Shown: positions 1-8,436, numbered from the stretch's first letter. The stretch: 64,000 nt of DNA from an uncultured Planctomycetia bacterium (GCA_964634935.1 CAZWJT010000006.1:74189-138188), one strand, 5' to 3'. A program made the numbers and translations. The notes: a model not told the origin generated them from the letters alone.

Positions 1-179
1 TTTTTACATACGAGACCGGGATATCCCAAGAGGATGGCGTTGCATATGGCAAGTGGGCGCTTACGTGGTTCAAGACGATCATACCAAAAACAACATCAGC
101 TTTTTCCCAACCTGCACGAAATAAAGAGCGTTTTCAATCTATCTGTATTGTTACAGAAAGCGGGCTGAGTGATTGTTTT

Positions 180-3100
180 GTGTATCCGGGCACGGCACTG
201 TTTTTGTCAGGATTTATTTTCTTGCTTTGGATGCTTTGGGCTACCCATCAGCCTCACGGTCCGCCGATCTTACTGCATTCTGACCAAACAAATCTTTCTG
301 TGCATCCAAGCGGAAATTTCATTCCTTCTTCAGTCCGCTTTCGTCTTGATAACTCCTTGCAGATTACCCGTCTTTATGAATATGTGCACTCGATGCGGCA
401 TTTATCCGGAGATCTCTCAAGACTCTTAAACCATATTCGCATTGGCAGCGTTATTGTTATGAAAATTTGTGAACAACTCGCGATGAAAAGGGAAGATGCC
501 GCTCTTGTCCGTGCCGCCTTTGCGCTTCATGATCTTGGAAAGATGCAAAACCAGGAACTATGGAATATTATTCTTTCCGATAAGACATATCCCCGTAAAG
601 ATCCGGATAACCCTGAACGTAGGCTCATTAACCAACATGCAAGATTTTCAGCTGAAATGATTCATGAATTTGGGATGGAAGTTGCTCCTGAGGTTATTTC
701 TTTGGTCCGACAGCACCATACTCCGAAGGAATTAGAGGGTCGGTTGCGCGTTTATGGGGAAATCATCTATTGGGCTGATGTTGTTGATGCCATGGTGGCT
801 AAGCGTTCTTATAAGATCAATCTTGGTACAAGTGATGATTGGGTTATTGAATCCATGGACGATTTGCGTCTGACACTCCAGAAACTCAGGGATTCTAATT
901 TTTCTTCTGCCCGATGTATTCATAAAGAGATTTATACCGCGCTCTGTAGGTTTATTGAAACAGAAGCATTTGCTGCTTTATACCCTCATGTTGATCTATC
1001 AGGGAAAAAACATATTTCAGTCGGAGAATCATCATTCGCGATGATCAACAGGATAGCTCCGTATTTATTTCAAGCTGTAATGCTCTTGCGCAATTTTAAG
1101 CTTGATGGTGTTATTACGCATATTTATATAACCGGTAGTTTTGTCACTGGGGGATGCAGTATCCCTCCCGATGACATTGACTTTGCCGTGAGCATTTCAA
1201 CGAGCCATTTCCGGTATCTCCCTTATTCAAACCAAACAGAGCGCATGGTCAAGGAATTGGAAGAAATTGGTCGTCAGGCACAAGTCAGGTTTCACTTAAC
1301 GCTTGATGCTTTTGGGTATGTGGTTTACCCCGGTCAAGAACTTTCCGTGACCGGACAGATAAGGAATCAAGTACTCGTTGACGCCATGCGAGAGCGCGGA
1401 CAAGATGCGGGGGTATTAATTGATCTAACCAACGCTGATATTGTAAATGGTGATTTTTTCATAGGCCTTTACCAAAAAATTGTAAGCCGCGGTATTGCCG
1501 GTTTAGAAGCATATAAGGCGCAGAGAAAGAATATATTGTTTTCACACTGCCGGATAAATTTAGAAATTATTTTCTTGGTATTTCTTTTTTGTTTCTTCCT
1601 TTTTGCGCACGGACCGAAGTCTGACGCGCATCCGAATTTTCTTTATAGAGCAGCAGAAGAATTAAAACAGTACCAGGCAGTATTAGGGGGGATTGGTCCT
1701 GCGGTCAGTATTTTTGGATCAGCTAGAACTAAAGAACAAGACCAGCAGTTTGCCTTCGCGCAAAGTTTAGCGGAAAGGGTATCCCGGGCCGGATTTTCTG
1801 TGATTACTGGAGGTGGTCCGGGAATTATGATGGCTGCTAACAGCGGAGTTGCTTATGGTAAATTATCGGTTGGCCTGAAAATAGATTTGGCGAAAGAACA
1901 AGTGTTGAATCCATCGGTAAATGCAGTTTTATATTTCAAATACTTTTTCGCCCGCAAAATGACTTTTATCACGGCAAGCGACGCCTTTCTTTGCTGTGTT
2001 GGCGGTTTTGGAACACTCGATGAACTCTTCGAAATTCTGGCGCTAAAAGACAGAGGGTATCTTGGGGATTTTCCGGTTATCTTAACAAACCGTAAGTTTT
2101 ATGATGGACTGATGCATCTTTTGCGAAAGCTTATTTCTTATGGTTTTCTGCGCGGAAGAATCAAGAATTTACTCTTTATCGAGGATGACCCTGAAAAGAT
2201 AGCAGGTTTACTTATCGATTCCGTTTCCCGGGTAAGGAAAAGCCAGAATAATATCGATATTGGAAGAATATTAGTTGAATTTTATCGTGTATTTGTCAAG
2301 CTTGGGCAATTAGGCCCAGCTGCGGGAATCGTCGGTTCGGAATTTATTACAAGCGAAAGTAAAAATTATTACAAAGCACGGCAAATTGCTGAACGTTTAG
2401 CCTTGGCAGATATTTCTCTTATTTGGCGTGGAGGACATGGTGTGGGAGCGGCCGTCTGGGATGGTTTTCAGTCAGCACGGAAGAAAGACCGGAGTGTGAT
2501 GGCAAAGGCTGTTTCTTTATGGATCAGTGAGCGTCCGAATCGCCGCTATCGAGCAACTGGTGATGTGCGGCTTGGATTTCACTATATGTTTGAACAAAAA
2601 ATAGCATTGGTGCGCCATGCGACCAAGGGGTTTATTTTTTTCCCTGGCGGCACTGGCACACTCGACGTGCTTTTTGAAGTTCTCTGTCTTTTGCAGACAG
2701 GGAAAATACCTGCCGTGCCGGTTGTTCTGGTTGACAGGAAATTCTGGGATCCGTGGGATAGGTGGTTTCGCCATGAGCTTGTTCCTCATGAAACTATCTC
2801 CGGAAATGATTTGGATCTTTATCAGATAACCGATAGTCCCCAAGATGCAATTGAGGCTATTTCTCAGGTTCATTACAAGGCACATGCTTTTTTCTGTCCT
2901 CCTTGGTTGGCTCTTATGGTATTCATTATGGTTCTCATATGGAGCGTAGGAAGACGTACGAGTGACCCAACGCATCGGTTGCATTGCCTATTTTCGGGCA
3001 TTCCAGTTTCCAGTACTTTCTTATTGAGTATCGTCGGGGTATTGTTTTTTCTTGGAATCTTTATTGTGTTTTATCGATTCCAAATGGTTCAGTGCAAGCC

Positions 3101-6100
3101 TCGTTCTAAGTTTTTTGAAAACCGCTTTGTGAATGCTCAGGGCAGATTTTTCATTCATCGCTACGGAAAAATAATTAAAAACAAGAAAGGGTATTTTACG
3201 GAGAGTGACCGGAAAGAGCTTTTGAGCTTTCGCGCCCTCTTTGGAGATTTGCGGTCTATAAAATATAGGGCTCGGCATTGTATTGTTTCAGCGAATCAAG
3301 TCTGCGCCTTACTGAAAGGCAAGGGATTTTTCGTGACGAAACGGACAATCTATGCTTATTATGTGCACCATGCGTTCTGCTCGGTGCGTCTGGGAGGAGT
3401 TGATTTTATTCTTGATCTTACTTCCGAGCAATTCGAAGGATATTGGGAAGATTTTGCTAACCGCCCGAAGTTTCTGGGATTGGTTCTAATTCCGGCAGAT
3501 GAGGTATTTGTTCAGAGAGATAAGTTTTTCTTTTATGTTCCCCAGGCCACTGCTTACAATGGTGTGTATGTGGTTTTTGATGCAGATGATTCAGGCCTTG
3601 AACACGGATATCTTGTTGTTTCTGTAGGATCAGAGGTATTGGAAATAAGGCCGCTGGGAGATCGAGATTTTACCAAATATGCTCGGGAGGATATTGATCC
3701 ATTGGTTCGCCAGAAAGCCAAGGAACAAATTCCAACCAGTCTAGAAAATGCGCATCCCGGCTCAGAGAAAACAGCTGTTTTTTGCCTATGGTCTTTTTCT
3801 GTATTCTTGGTTTGCGCGGGTCTCCTTTTGGTATTTTTACCGGCAAAACTGTTTGAGCGCCCGGACGGTATTTGTAATTTTTCAGTACGAAATACCCCCT
3901 ATAAAGGAGCCGTCATTATTATCGGCGGTTCTTCGGGTAGCTTTGATATTATTGAGGCGATCGTAAAAAAAATACGTAGGCCGCATCCGCCCATTGTTAT
4001 TTTAAAACACTGCATCGAACCTTATATTGTTCAGGAAATGATTGAGCGGCTCTCGCTTCGCGGGAAAATCATTGAGCATAACGAAAGGATAGAGCCTTCG
4101 TTTATTTATTTTGCGGTCGAAGGGCGCCATGTAAAATTTACCGAAGATGAATTCGGGTATCGTTTCTTACTTTCTCGACGTTCACAAAGCAGGCTCGGAT
4201 TCGTTCCTTCGATCGACAAGTGTTTTTTCTCCGCCGCAGACGTTATAGGAGAAAAAGTAATCGCTCTTATTTTGAGCGGTTGGGGTAATGACGGGGCGAG
4301 CGGTGTGTTTGTTTTGCGCCAGAAAGGAGCGGTTACTATTGCCCAGCATCCGGAATGTTCGCAAAGGCCGGATATGCCGCTTCACGCAATTTCTTCCGGT
4401 GGCATTACTCATATTTTAAGTCCCTTGGCAATCCGCGATCTTCTTATGCGACAGTCAAGTTCCGGTTTATCCTCCAGCTGTTCGGTTTTTCCTCCATTCG
4501 GATTATTGGTTTTAGTGATTTTTTTCTTGCTTACTCTAGGCAGCTTCGCGCAAAGAAAAGAGAATTATTTCCGAGGTGGCACGGTTGCCCGATCAGAAAC
4601 AATCAGCGCGCGAATCAAGCTGGCAATACAGCAGCGTAGCCTTACGGTTTCTGAATTCACAAAATGCCTTCATCGCCAAATGCGGATGATGGAGCGGGAT
4701 CCAGAAACTACCCCCGAAGCCGTCAGACGTTGGCTTACTGGAGAGCATCATCCGGATATCAAAATAATTCCTGCGTTGGCCGCGACATTAAAAGTAAGTC
4801 CAAGTTGGCTTGTATGCGGTTTGTCTCAACAAGAAGCAATGCGGCAGCCAGTGCTATTGCCAAATGAACAAGAAAAATCAGGATCAAGCCTCGGGAGGCG
4901 TATATTGATTTTACGGTGGATACAAGGAATCACTTCAGTTGAGTTTGCCAAGAAAACAGGAATGAGTCTTGGTAATCTCAACAATATTGAACAGCATCTC
5001 GCAACGTACCCTCGGCCAGCATACCTAGGAAAGATGGCCCAGGTTTTGGGCGTCAGCACTTCGATAATTCTTACTGGTTTTGAGCGCAGCCAGGTAATCG
5101 ATTATTTGCGATATGCCAAAGACAGGTTTCTGTTTCTCAGGTTATGCGCCGGGATGACCCAGGATGAATTATGGGAAAGGCTTGTTGACTCCTATGGGGT
5201 AGATGTCGAAGGAAGGACTACTGTTGCGCAATGGGAGCGCGGCGTGACGCCTCAAGATCTGCGGATACGAAAAGCTCTCAGTAATCTCTACGGGATTTCT
5301 TGGGCTCGTTTAAGCGCCTATAATCCAAGAGGCAGAAGACTCAGTGAATTTATGGAATTAGAAGCGGTGGCACGGATGCGTAACTATTTTGAGAAGATCA
5401 TTGATTCGAATCTTCCAGATTCTTCTATTGTGGTGCGGTTTCCGACGATCGTAAGCGATATTATCATGGCCGATGATCTTGAGTATGATATCAACCCCGT
5501 TGTGAATATGTTATTCGATTTGGTGGCGGAGAATACCGTAGGCGGAAGGGAGATTCGCTTAAGAAAGATAACCCACGCTTTAGATTTCTATCAGAAATTA
5601 TTTCTTTTGCGACCGGGAACCTGGAGATTGCGAGACGAGCGGGCAAAATATTTTGCGAGTGTTGTTTTAAAATCTTTTGTAAACAGGGTAAATCAAGCAG
5701 GGATTGGCAGTAGAGCAACAAAGAAGATAGCCGCCCAAATATTCTGGTCTGATATTGTTGAGTCATTAAGCGGAGGCAGCGGCAATAGGTGTGCAATAAA
5801 ATTTATTGAGGTCCAAAAAGAAAATCAACCATGGTTGAGCCGGAAAGATTTGATTGCCCGCACAGGAGTTTCGCAGTCTTTGCTCAACCGGTACGGGTTT
5901 TCAAATATTGCACTACGTTTGGGTTGGTCGTTGGCTGATTCAGATTCCGATACTCAAGAGTTCTTGAACGGGGCTCAAGGGTTTCGAAGGCGGATTTTTG
6001 ATTTTTACCAGAGGCATCGGCGGTTTCCCAAGAGAGAAAAAGGAGGTTTGCGTGAATCAGATATCTGGGTGATTGAGCTTTCAAAAGCGATGCTGGGAGG

Positions 6101-7598
6101 AAGTCTTGCTATGTTTCGGCTCAGGTTCTTTGAGGATTTTTCTTCAGAGATAAAACTATTCATCAAGCATGCCCGGCCGAGCGTCCAAAAACGCATGTAT
6201 GCAGAATTACTCCGGGTTTTACCATTTGACAGGGATGCTTTAGAATTTTCTTCTGTCGATAAAACTGAGCGGGCCAAAGATGAGGTGCGGATGCGGAAGA
6301 TAATCCCTGATTATGATACAAAGGTGAAAGAATATCACTGGTATGATTGCGCTACGCTTCGAGAACGGGGCATTCAGGATTTATCGACCGCCAGTGATCT
6401 TATCGTCAGTTATGCGGATTTTGGTTCGCTCTCGTCGAAGCAGCTTGCGCGCTTGTGGTTCGAAATGCGCAGGGGTAATACCATCGCTCGCAATTTTATT
6501 ATGGACTCAAACACTGGATTGATTATTTCGTCAGCAAGAGATATCTCTGGACGTTCCATGGCGCGGAATATCAGTCAGGCGGACTTACGCAATGAAGGAT
6601 GGTTTGGATTGCGTGTTGCCGCGGAACGATTTGATCCTTCTCGAGGTACAAAATTTTCTACGTATGCAATGTGGTGGATCATGCAAGCGCAAACAAGACT
6701 ATGTCTATATGGAGGAAGAACGATACGGGCAGATCCCGCCCTCGTCAATCGTTTTTATCGGCTCCAACAGAAAATGACTGAACTCGATAACGCTCCAGAG
6801 CAGCAGAAAGGCCGCAGGACTTACGCAATTATTTATGAAAAAACCAAGCGGGAATTTGAAAAATTACGCTGGTTCTTGCAGGGAGCGTTAAACACGAAAT
6901 CGTTGAATGATTCGGTGGGCTCTGATGAGGAGGGCACTTTGTTCTCGGAATTTGTTGAAGATGTTAAATCTGAGGATCCGGAAGATGCTGCAGGGGTGTT
7001 TGATGAGCGTGAATTTGTCAGAGATTGTCTTGCTCAAATACCAGATGAAAGAGATCGGCGGATTCTTGAGCTGCGCTATGGGGTAAAACCGCCTACTTCC
7101 GCAGAGTGGCAGATACTGCAAGAAAAAAAACCAAAGCTTGAATGCAATCCTTTCACCAGTTGGCCAAAGGGACGGGATCATCTGACTTTAGAGGAGGCCG
7201 GCTTAATTTATGGTATTACCCGCGAACGCATCCGGCAGGTTGGCAACAGAGCAGAAGATGTCTTTGCTGCTATCGTTTGTGCAAACCGGCGGCGGTTTTA
7301 CACAATAAAAGATTTGTCTGAAGAAAGAAATCTTGAATGTTTCTGTCCATTGCCGACGGTCATTGTAATCATTCTTTCATTATTTCTGGCGGCACAAGGA
7401 ATGTTTTTTACGGTTACAGAAGCATCATGCCAGCAGATTGCGCCATGGTGGAACCAGCGATCCGGAATGATGCATAGGAATATACGGGGGAAGGATTGTA
7501 ACCAATTTCTCAGGCGCAATAAGAGGGGTATCAGGTTGCCAGACAAAACACTTTATGAATTTTCCCTGGTGCCTGAGCATAAGCAGAAAAATAATTGA
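180..7598 (+). CDS. Giant multidomain signalling protein (at least 2472 aa; the frame stays open back to window position 3, so the true start may lie upstream of the window). Domain order: HD-GYP-like, minimal NTase, 2x LOG/SLOG, TM cluster, unknown domain, TM, CheB-type methylesterase, TM, 3-4 HTH_XRE, sigma-70 r2-r3-r4, C-terminal TM.
   Basis: Six-frame track shows one ORF of 2472 codons. My own translation of 3..179 in the same frame finds no stop. By-eye motifs: VHSMRH...ALHDLGK...RQHHTP...ADVVDAMVAKRSYK (HD-GYP family, GYP lost). ITGSFVTGGCSIPPDDIDF (GS-x11-DxD minimal nucleotidyltransferase). SIFGSAR...ITGGGPGIMMAANSG...SDAFLCCVGGFGTLDELFE and RGGHGVGA...FFPGGTGTLDVLFEVL (two LOG / Lysine_decarbox-like Rossmann domains). 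VIIIGGSSGSFD...PIVILKHC...LSGWGNDGASG...TIAQHPECSQRPDMPLHAI (CheB methylesterase, Ser/His/Asp present). Several XRE-like helix-turn-helix segments. IARNFIMDS...FSTYAMWWIMQAQTR and ILELRYGV...LTLEEAGLIYGITRERIRQ (sigma-70 regions 2 and 4). Confidence 0.6.
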   Translation: MYPGTALFLSGFIFLLWMLWATHQPHGPPILLHSDQTNLSVHPSGNFIPSSVRFRLDNSLQITRLYEYVHSMRHLSGDLSRLLNHIRIGSVIVMKICEQLAMKREDAALVRAAFALHDLGKMQNQELWNIILSDKTYPRKDPDNPERRLINQHARFSAEMIHEFGMEVAPEVISLVRQHHTPKELEGRLRVYGEIIYWADVVDAMVAKRSYKINLGTSDDWVIESMDDLRLTLQKLRDSNFSSARCIHKEIYTALCRFIETEAFAALYPHVDLSGKKHISVGESSFAMINRIAPYLFQAVMLLRNFKLDGVITHIYITGSFVTGGCSIPPDDIDFAVSISTSHFRYLPYSNQTERMVKELEEIGRQAQVRFHLTLDAFGYVVYPGQELSVTGQIRNQVLVDAMRERGQDAGVLIDLTNADIVNGDFFIGLYQKIVSRGIAGLEAYKAQRKNILFSHCRINLEIIFLVFLFCFFLFAHGPKSDAHPNFLYRAAEELKQYQAVLGGIGPAVSIFGSARTKEQDQQFAFAQSLAERVSRAGFSVITGGGPGIMMAANSGVAYGKLSVGLKIDLAKEQVLNPSVNAVLYFKYFFARKMTFITASDAFLCCVGGFGTLDELFEILALKDRGYLGDFPVILTNRKFYDGLMHLLRKLISYGFLRGRIKNLLFIEDDPEKIAGLLIDSVSRVRKSQNNIDIGRILVEFYRVFVKLGQLGPAAGIVGSEFITSESKNYYKARQIAERLALADISLIWRGGHGVGAAVWDGFQSARKKDRSVMAKAVSLWISERPNRRYRATGDVRLGFHYMFEQKIALVRHATKGFIFFPGGTGTLDVLFEVLCLLQTGKIPAVPVVLVDRKFWDPWDRWFRHELVPHETISGNDLDLYQITDSPQDAIEAISQVHYKAHAFFCPPWLALMVFIMVLIWSVGRRTSDPTHRLHCLFSGIPVSSTFLLSIVGVLFFLGIFIVFYRFQMVQCKPRSKFFENRFVNAQGRFFIHRYGKIIKNKKGYFTESDRKELLSFRALFGDLRSIKYRARHCIVSANQVCALLKGKGFFVTKRTIYAYYVHHAFCSVRLGGVDFILDLTSEQFEGYWEDFANRPKFLGLVLIPADEVFVQRDKFFFYVPQATAYNGVYVVFDADDSGLEHGYLVVSVGSEVLEIRPLGDRDFTKYAREDIDPLVRQKAKEQIPTSLENAHPGSEKTAVFCLWSFSVFLVCAGLLLVFLPAKLFERPDGICNFSVRNTPYKGAVIIIGGSSGSFDIIEAIVKKIRRPHPPIVILKHCIEPYIVQEMIERLSLRGKIIEHNERIEPSFIYFAVEGRHVKFTEDEFGYRFLLSRRSQSRLGFVPSIDKCFFSAADVIGEKVIALILSGWGNDGASGVFVLRQKGAVTIAQHPECSQRPDMPLHAISSGGITHILSPLAIRDLLMRQSSSGLSSSCSVFPPFGLLVLVIFFLLTLGSFAQRKENYFRGGTVARSETISARIKLAIQQRSLTVSEFTKCLHRQMRMMERDPETTPEAVRRWLTGEHHPDIKIIPALAATLKVSPSWLVCGLSQQEAMRQPVLLPNEQEKSGSSLGRRILILRWIQGITSVEFAKKTGMSLGNLNNIEQHLATYPRPAYLGKMAQVLGVSTSIILTGFERSQVIDYLRYAKDRFLFLRLCAGMTQDELWERLVDSYGVDVEGRTTVAQWERGVTPQDLRIRKALSNLYGISWARLSAYNPRGRRLSEFMELEAVARMRNYFEKIIDSNLPDSSIVVRFPTIVSDIIMADDLEYDINPVVNMLFDLVAENTVGGREIRLRKITHALDFYQKLFLLRPGTWRLRDERAKYFASVVLKSFVNRVNQAGIGSRATKKIAAQIFWSDIVESLSGGSGNRCAIKFIEVQKENQPWLSRKDLIARTGVSQSLLNRYGFSNIALRLGWSLADSDSDTQEFLNGAQGFRRRIFDFYQRHRRFPKREKGGLRESDIWVIELSKAMLGGSLAMFRLRFFEDFSSEIKLFIKHARPSVQKRMYAELLRVLPFDRDALEFSSVDKTERAKDEVRMRKIIPDYDTKVKEYHWYDCATLRERGIQDLSTASDLIVSYADFGSLSSKQLARLWFEMRRGNTIARNFIMDSNTGLIISSARDISGRSMARNISQADLRNEGWFGLRVAAERFDPSRGTKFSTYAMWWIMQAQTRLCLYGGRTIRADPALVNRFYRLQQKMTELDNAPEQQKGRRTYAIIYEKTKREFEKLRWFLQGALNTKSLNDSVGSDEEGTLFSEFVEDVKSEDPEDAAGVFDEREFVRDCLAQIPDERDRRILELRYGVKPPTSAEWQILQEKKPKLECNPFTSWPKGRDHLTLEEAGLIYGITRERIRQVGNRAEDVFAAIVCANRRRFYTIKDLSEERNLECFCPLPTVIVIILSLFLAAQGMFFTVTEASCQQIAPWWNQRSGMMHRNIRGKDCNQFLRRNKRGIRLPDKTLYEFSLVPEHKQKNN
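380..810 (+). other. HD-GYP-like phosphohydrolase domain (degenerate GYP motif) inside the giant ORF
   Basis: HS..H, HDLGK, HHTP and ADVVDAMVAKRSYK line up with the conserved HD-GYP blocks HDIGK / HHE.WDGSGYP / ADVFDALTS.RPYK; the GYP tripeptide is replaced (TPKELEG). Confidence 0.55.
1110..1450 (+). other. Minimal nucleotidyltransferase (Pol-beta superfamily) domain inside the giant ORF
   Basis: ITGSFVTGGCSIPPDDIDFAV fits the hG[GS]-x9-13-DhD signature. Confidence 0.5.
1700..2760 (+). other. Two tandem LOG/SLOG (PF03641-like, TIGR00730-like) Rossmann domains inside the giant ORF
   Basis: GGGPGIMMAANSG + CVGGFGTLDELFE (copy 1, about 1700-2110) and GGHGVGAAV + FPGGTGTLDVLFEVL (copy 2, about 2415-2760). 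Confidence 0.6.
3905..4440 (+). other. CheB-type methylesterase/glutaminase-like domain, flanked by predicted TM helices, inside the giant ORF
   Basis: IGGSSGSF (cf. IGASTGGP), PIVILKH (cf. PIVIVQH), LSGWGNDGASG (cf. LTGMGRDGAAG), TIAQHPECSQRPDMPLHAI (cf. TIAQDEATCVVYGMPREAI). Hydrophobic stretches precede it (AVFCLWSFSVFLVCAGLLLVFL) and follow it (FGLLVLVIFFLLTLGSFA). Confidence 0.6.
4590..5330 (+). other. Three consecutive XRE-family helix-turn-helix modules inside the giant ORF (a fourth HTH-like segment sits near 5830-5910)
   Basis: Repeated pattern of the form L....R...G.T..E.A...G.S...L...E.G (e.g. RSLTVSEFTKCL..., ILRWIQGITSVEFAKKTGMSLGNLNNIEQ, LRLCAGMTQDELWERLVDSYGVDVEGRTTVAQWERG). 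Confidence 0.45.
6400..7260 (+). other. Sigma-70 family module (regions 2, 3 and 4) at the C-terminal part of the giant ORF
   Basis: Region 2.x: NEGWFGLRVAAERFDPSRGTKFSTYAMWWIMQAQTR (cf. FSTYATWWIRQAI). Region 4: RRILELRYGV...LTLEEAGLIYGITRERIRQVGNRA. Confidence 0.6.
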
Positions 7599-7647
7599 TC
7601 CGTGTATTTTGATATTATTTAGTGCTATATTCAAAATGTAAATTATA

Positions 7648-8436
7648 ATGGTACCAGAGAAAACAGTGGATGAGATAAAAGGTATAAACTCGAAACGGGG
7701 TTTTTTAACTACCCCGGATCAGGTAGATATTTCTTACGTTCATTACTCAAGTGGCCGGAGGAAAAAAGCGGTAGTTATTGCTCACGGTTTTTTTAATAGT
7801 AAGAATTCCCCGCTTCTGCAGGTTCTAAAAGACGCGCTTATCTCTGAGTATGATGTGATTTTGTTTGATTTTCGGGGGCATGGAGAAAGTTCGGGGCTGT
7901 TTACCTGGACTTCCCATGAGTCGCTCGATCTACGAGCGGTTTTGCAATATGCGCAGAGTCATTATTCTATCCTTGGTCTCATTGGTTTTTCTCTGGGTGC
8001 TGCAACGAGCATTAACGTGCTTGCGAAGTATGATTGTGTTCAAAGTTTTATTTCCATCAGTGCCCCTGGCAGTTTTTGGGGTATCGATTATCATTTCTGG
8101 GCTTTGAATTTTGAGAACGATCTTTTCTATACTTTTGGCAGAGAAGGAAGAGCGGGGAAAGGAGTGCGTCCTGGGCCATTCTGGCTTAGAAAAGAAAAGC
8201 CGATCAAGAATATAGAAAGTATCCATTGTCCTGTTTGTTATATTCACGGAGAAAAAGACTGGGTCATCTTACCATATCATTCCCAGAGATTATTTTCTAG
8301 AACGAAAACCCAGAAGGTATTTCACGTTATTCCTAATGGTTTTCACGCTGAGTATCTATTGCGCCAGCAGCGTGAAATAATCATAGATTCCGTATGCCGT
8401 TGGCTTACCGAAACGCTTCATGAAGGAGGTGTATGA
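7648..8436 (+). CDS. alpha/beta-fold hydrolase
   Basis: AVVIAHGFFNS...RGHGESSG...GFSLGA (nucleophile elbow GxSxG). A TATAAT sits 7 nt upstream at 7636-7641. Confidence 0.7.
   Translation: MVPEKTVDEIKGINSKRGFLTTPDQVDISYVHYSSGRRKKAVVIAHGFFNSKNSPLLQVLKDALISEYDVILFDFRGHGESSGLFTWTSHESLDLRAVLQYAQSHYSILGLIGFSLGAATSINVLAKYDCVQSFISISAPGSFWGIDYHFWALNFENDLFYTFGREGRAGKGVRPGPFWLRKEKPIKNIESIHCPVCYIHGEKDWVILPYHSQRLFSRTKTQKVFHVIPNGFHAEYLLRQQREIIIDSVCRWLTETLHEGGV

Noticed and set aside
169-429. 86-codon ORF in frame 1 at the left edge
   Set aside because: Fully overlapped by the giant frame-3 ORF and low-complexity (Cys/Phe-rich); most likely a shadow ORF.
380-1450. RelA/SpoT-type (p)ppGpp synthetase-hydrolase interpretation of the HD + NTase pair
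   Set aside because: The HD segment matches HD-GYP blocks (HDLGK, HH.., ADVVDA..K.SYK) rather than the SpoT hydrolase motifs, and the NTase segment lacks the RelA/SpoT synthetase signature (RxKxxxSxxxK ... GRxK..YSIY).
2517-2984. 155-codon minus-strand ORF (and other 60-130-codon antisense ORFs inside the giant gene and inside bamA, nrdJ, etc.)
   Set aside because: They are antisense to well-supported coding sequence, have no RBS, and have odd composition. They are typical antisense shadow ORFs.
180-7598. Alternative genetic code (stop-codon reassignment) as the explanation for the 7.4-kb open frame
   Set aside because: Adjacent genes clearly terminate with TGA (7648..8436, 8872..10167), TAA (10164..11051, hisG) and TAG (lpxI, 16696..18336), so all three stops are in use. 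The long ORF is therefore genuinely stop-free.
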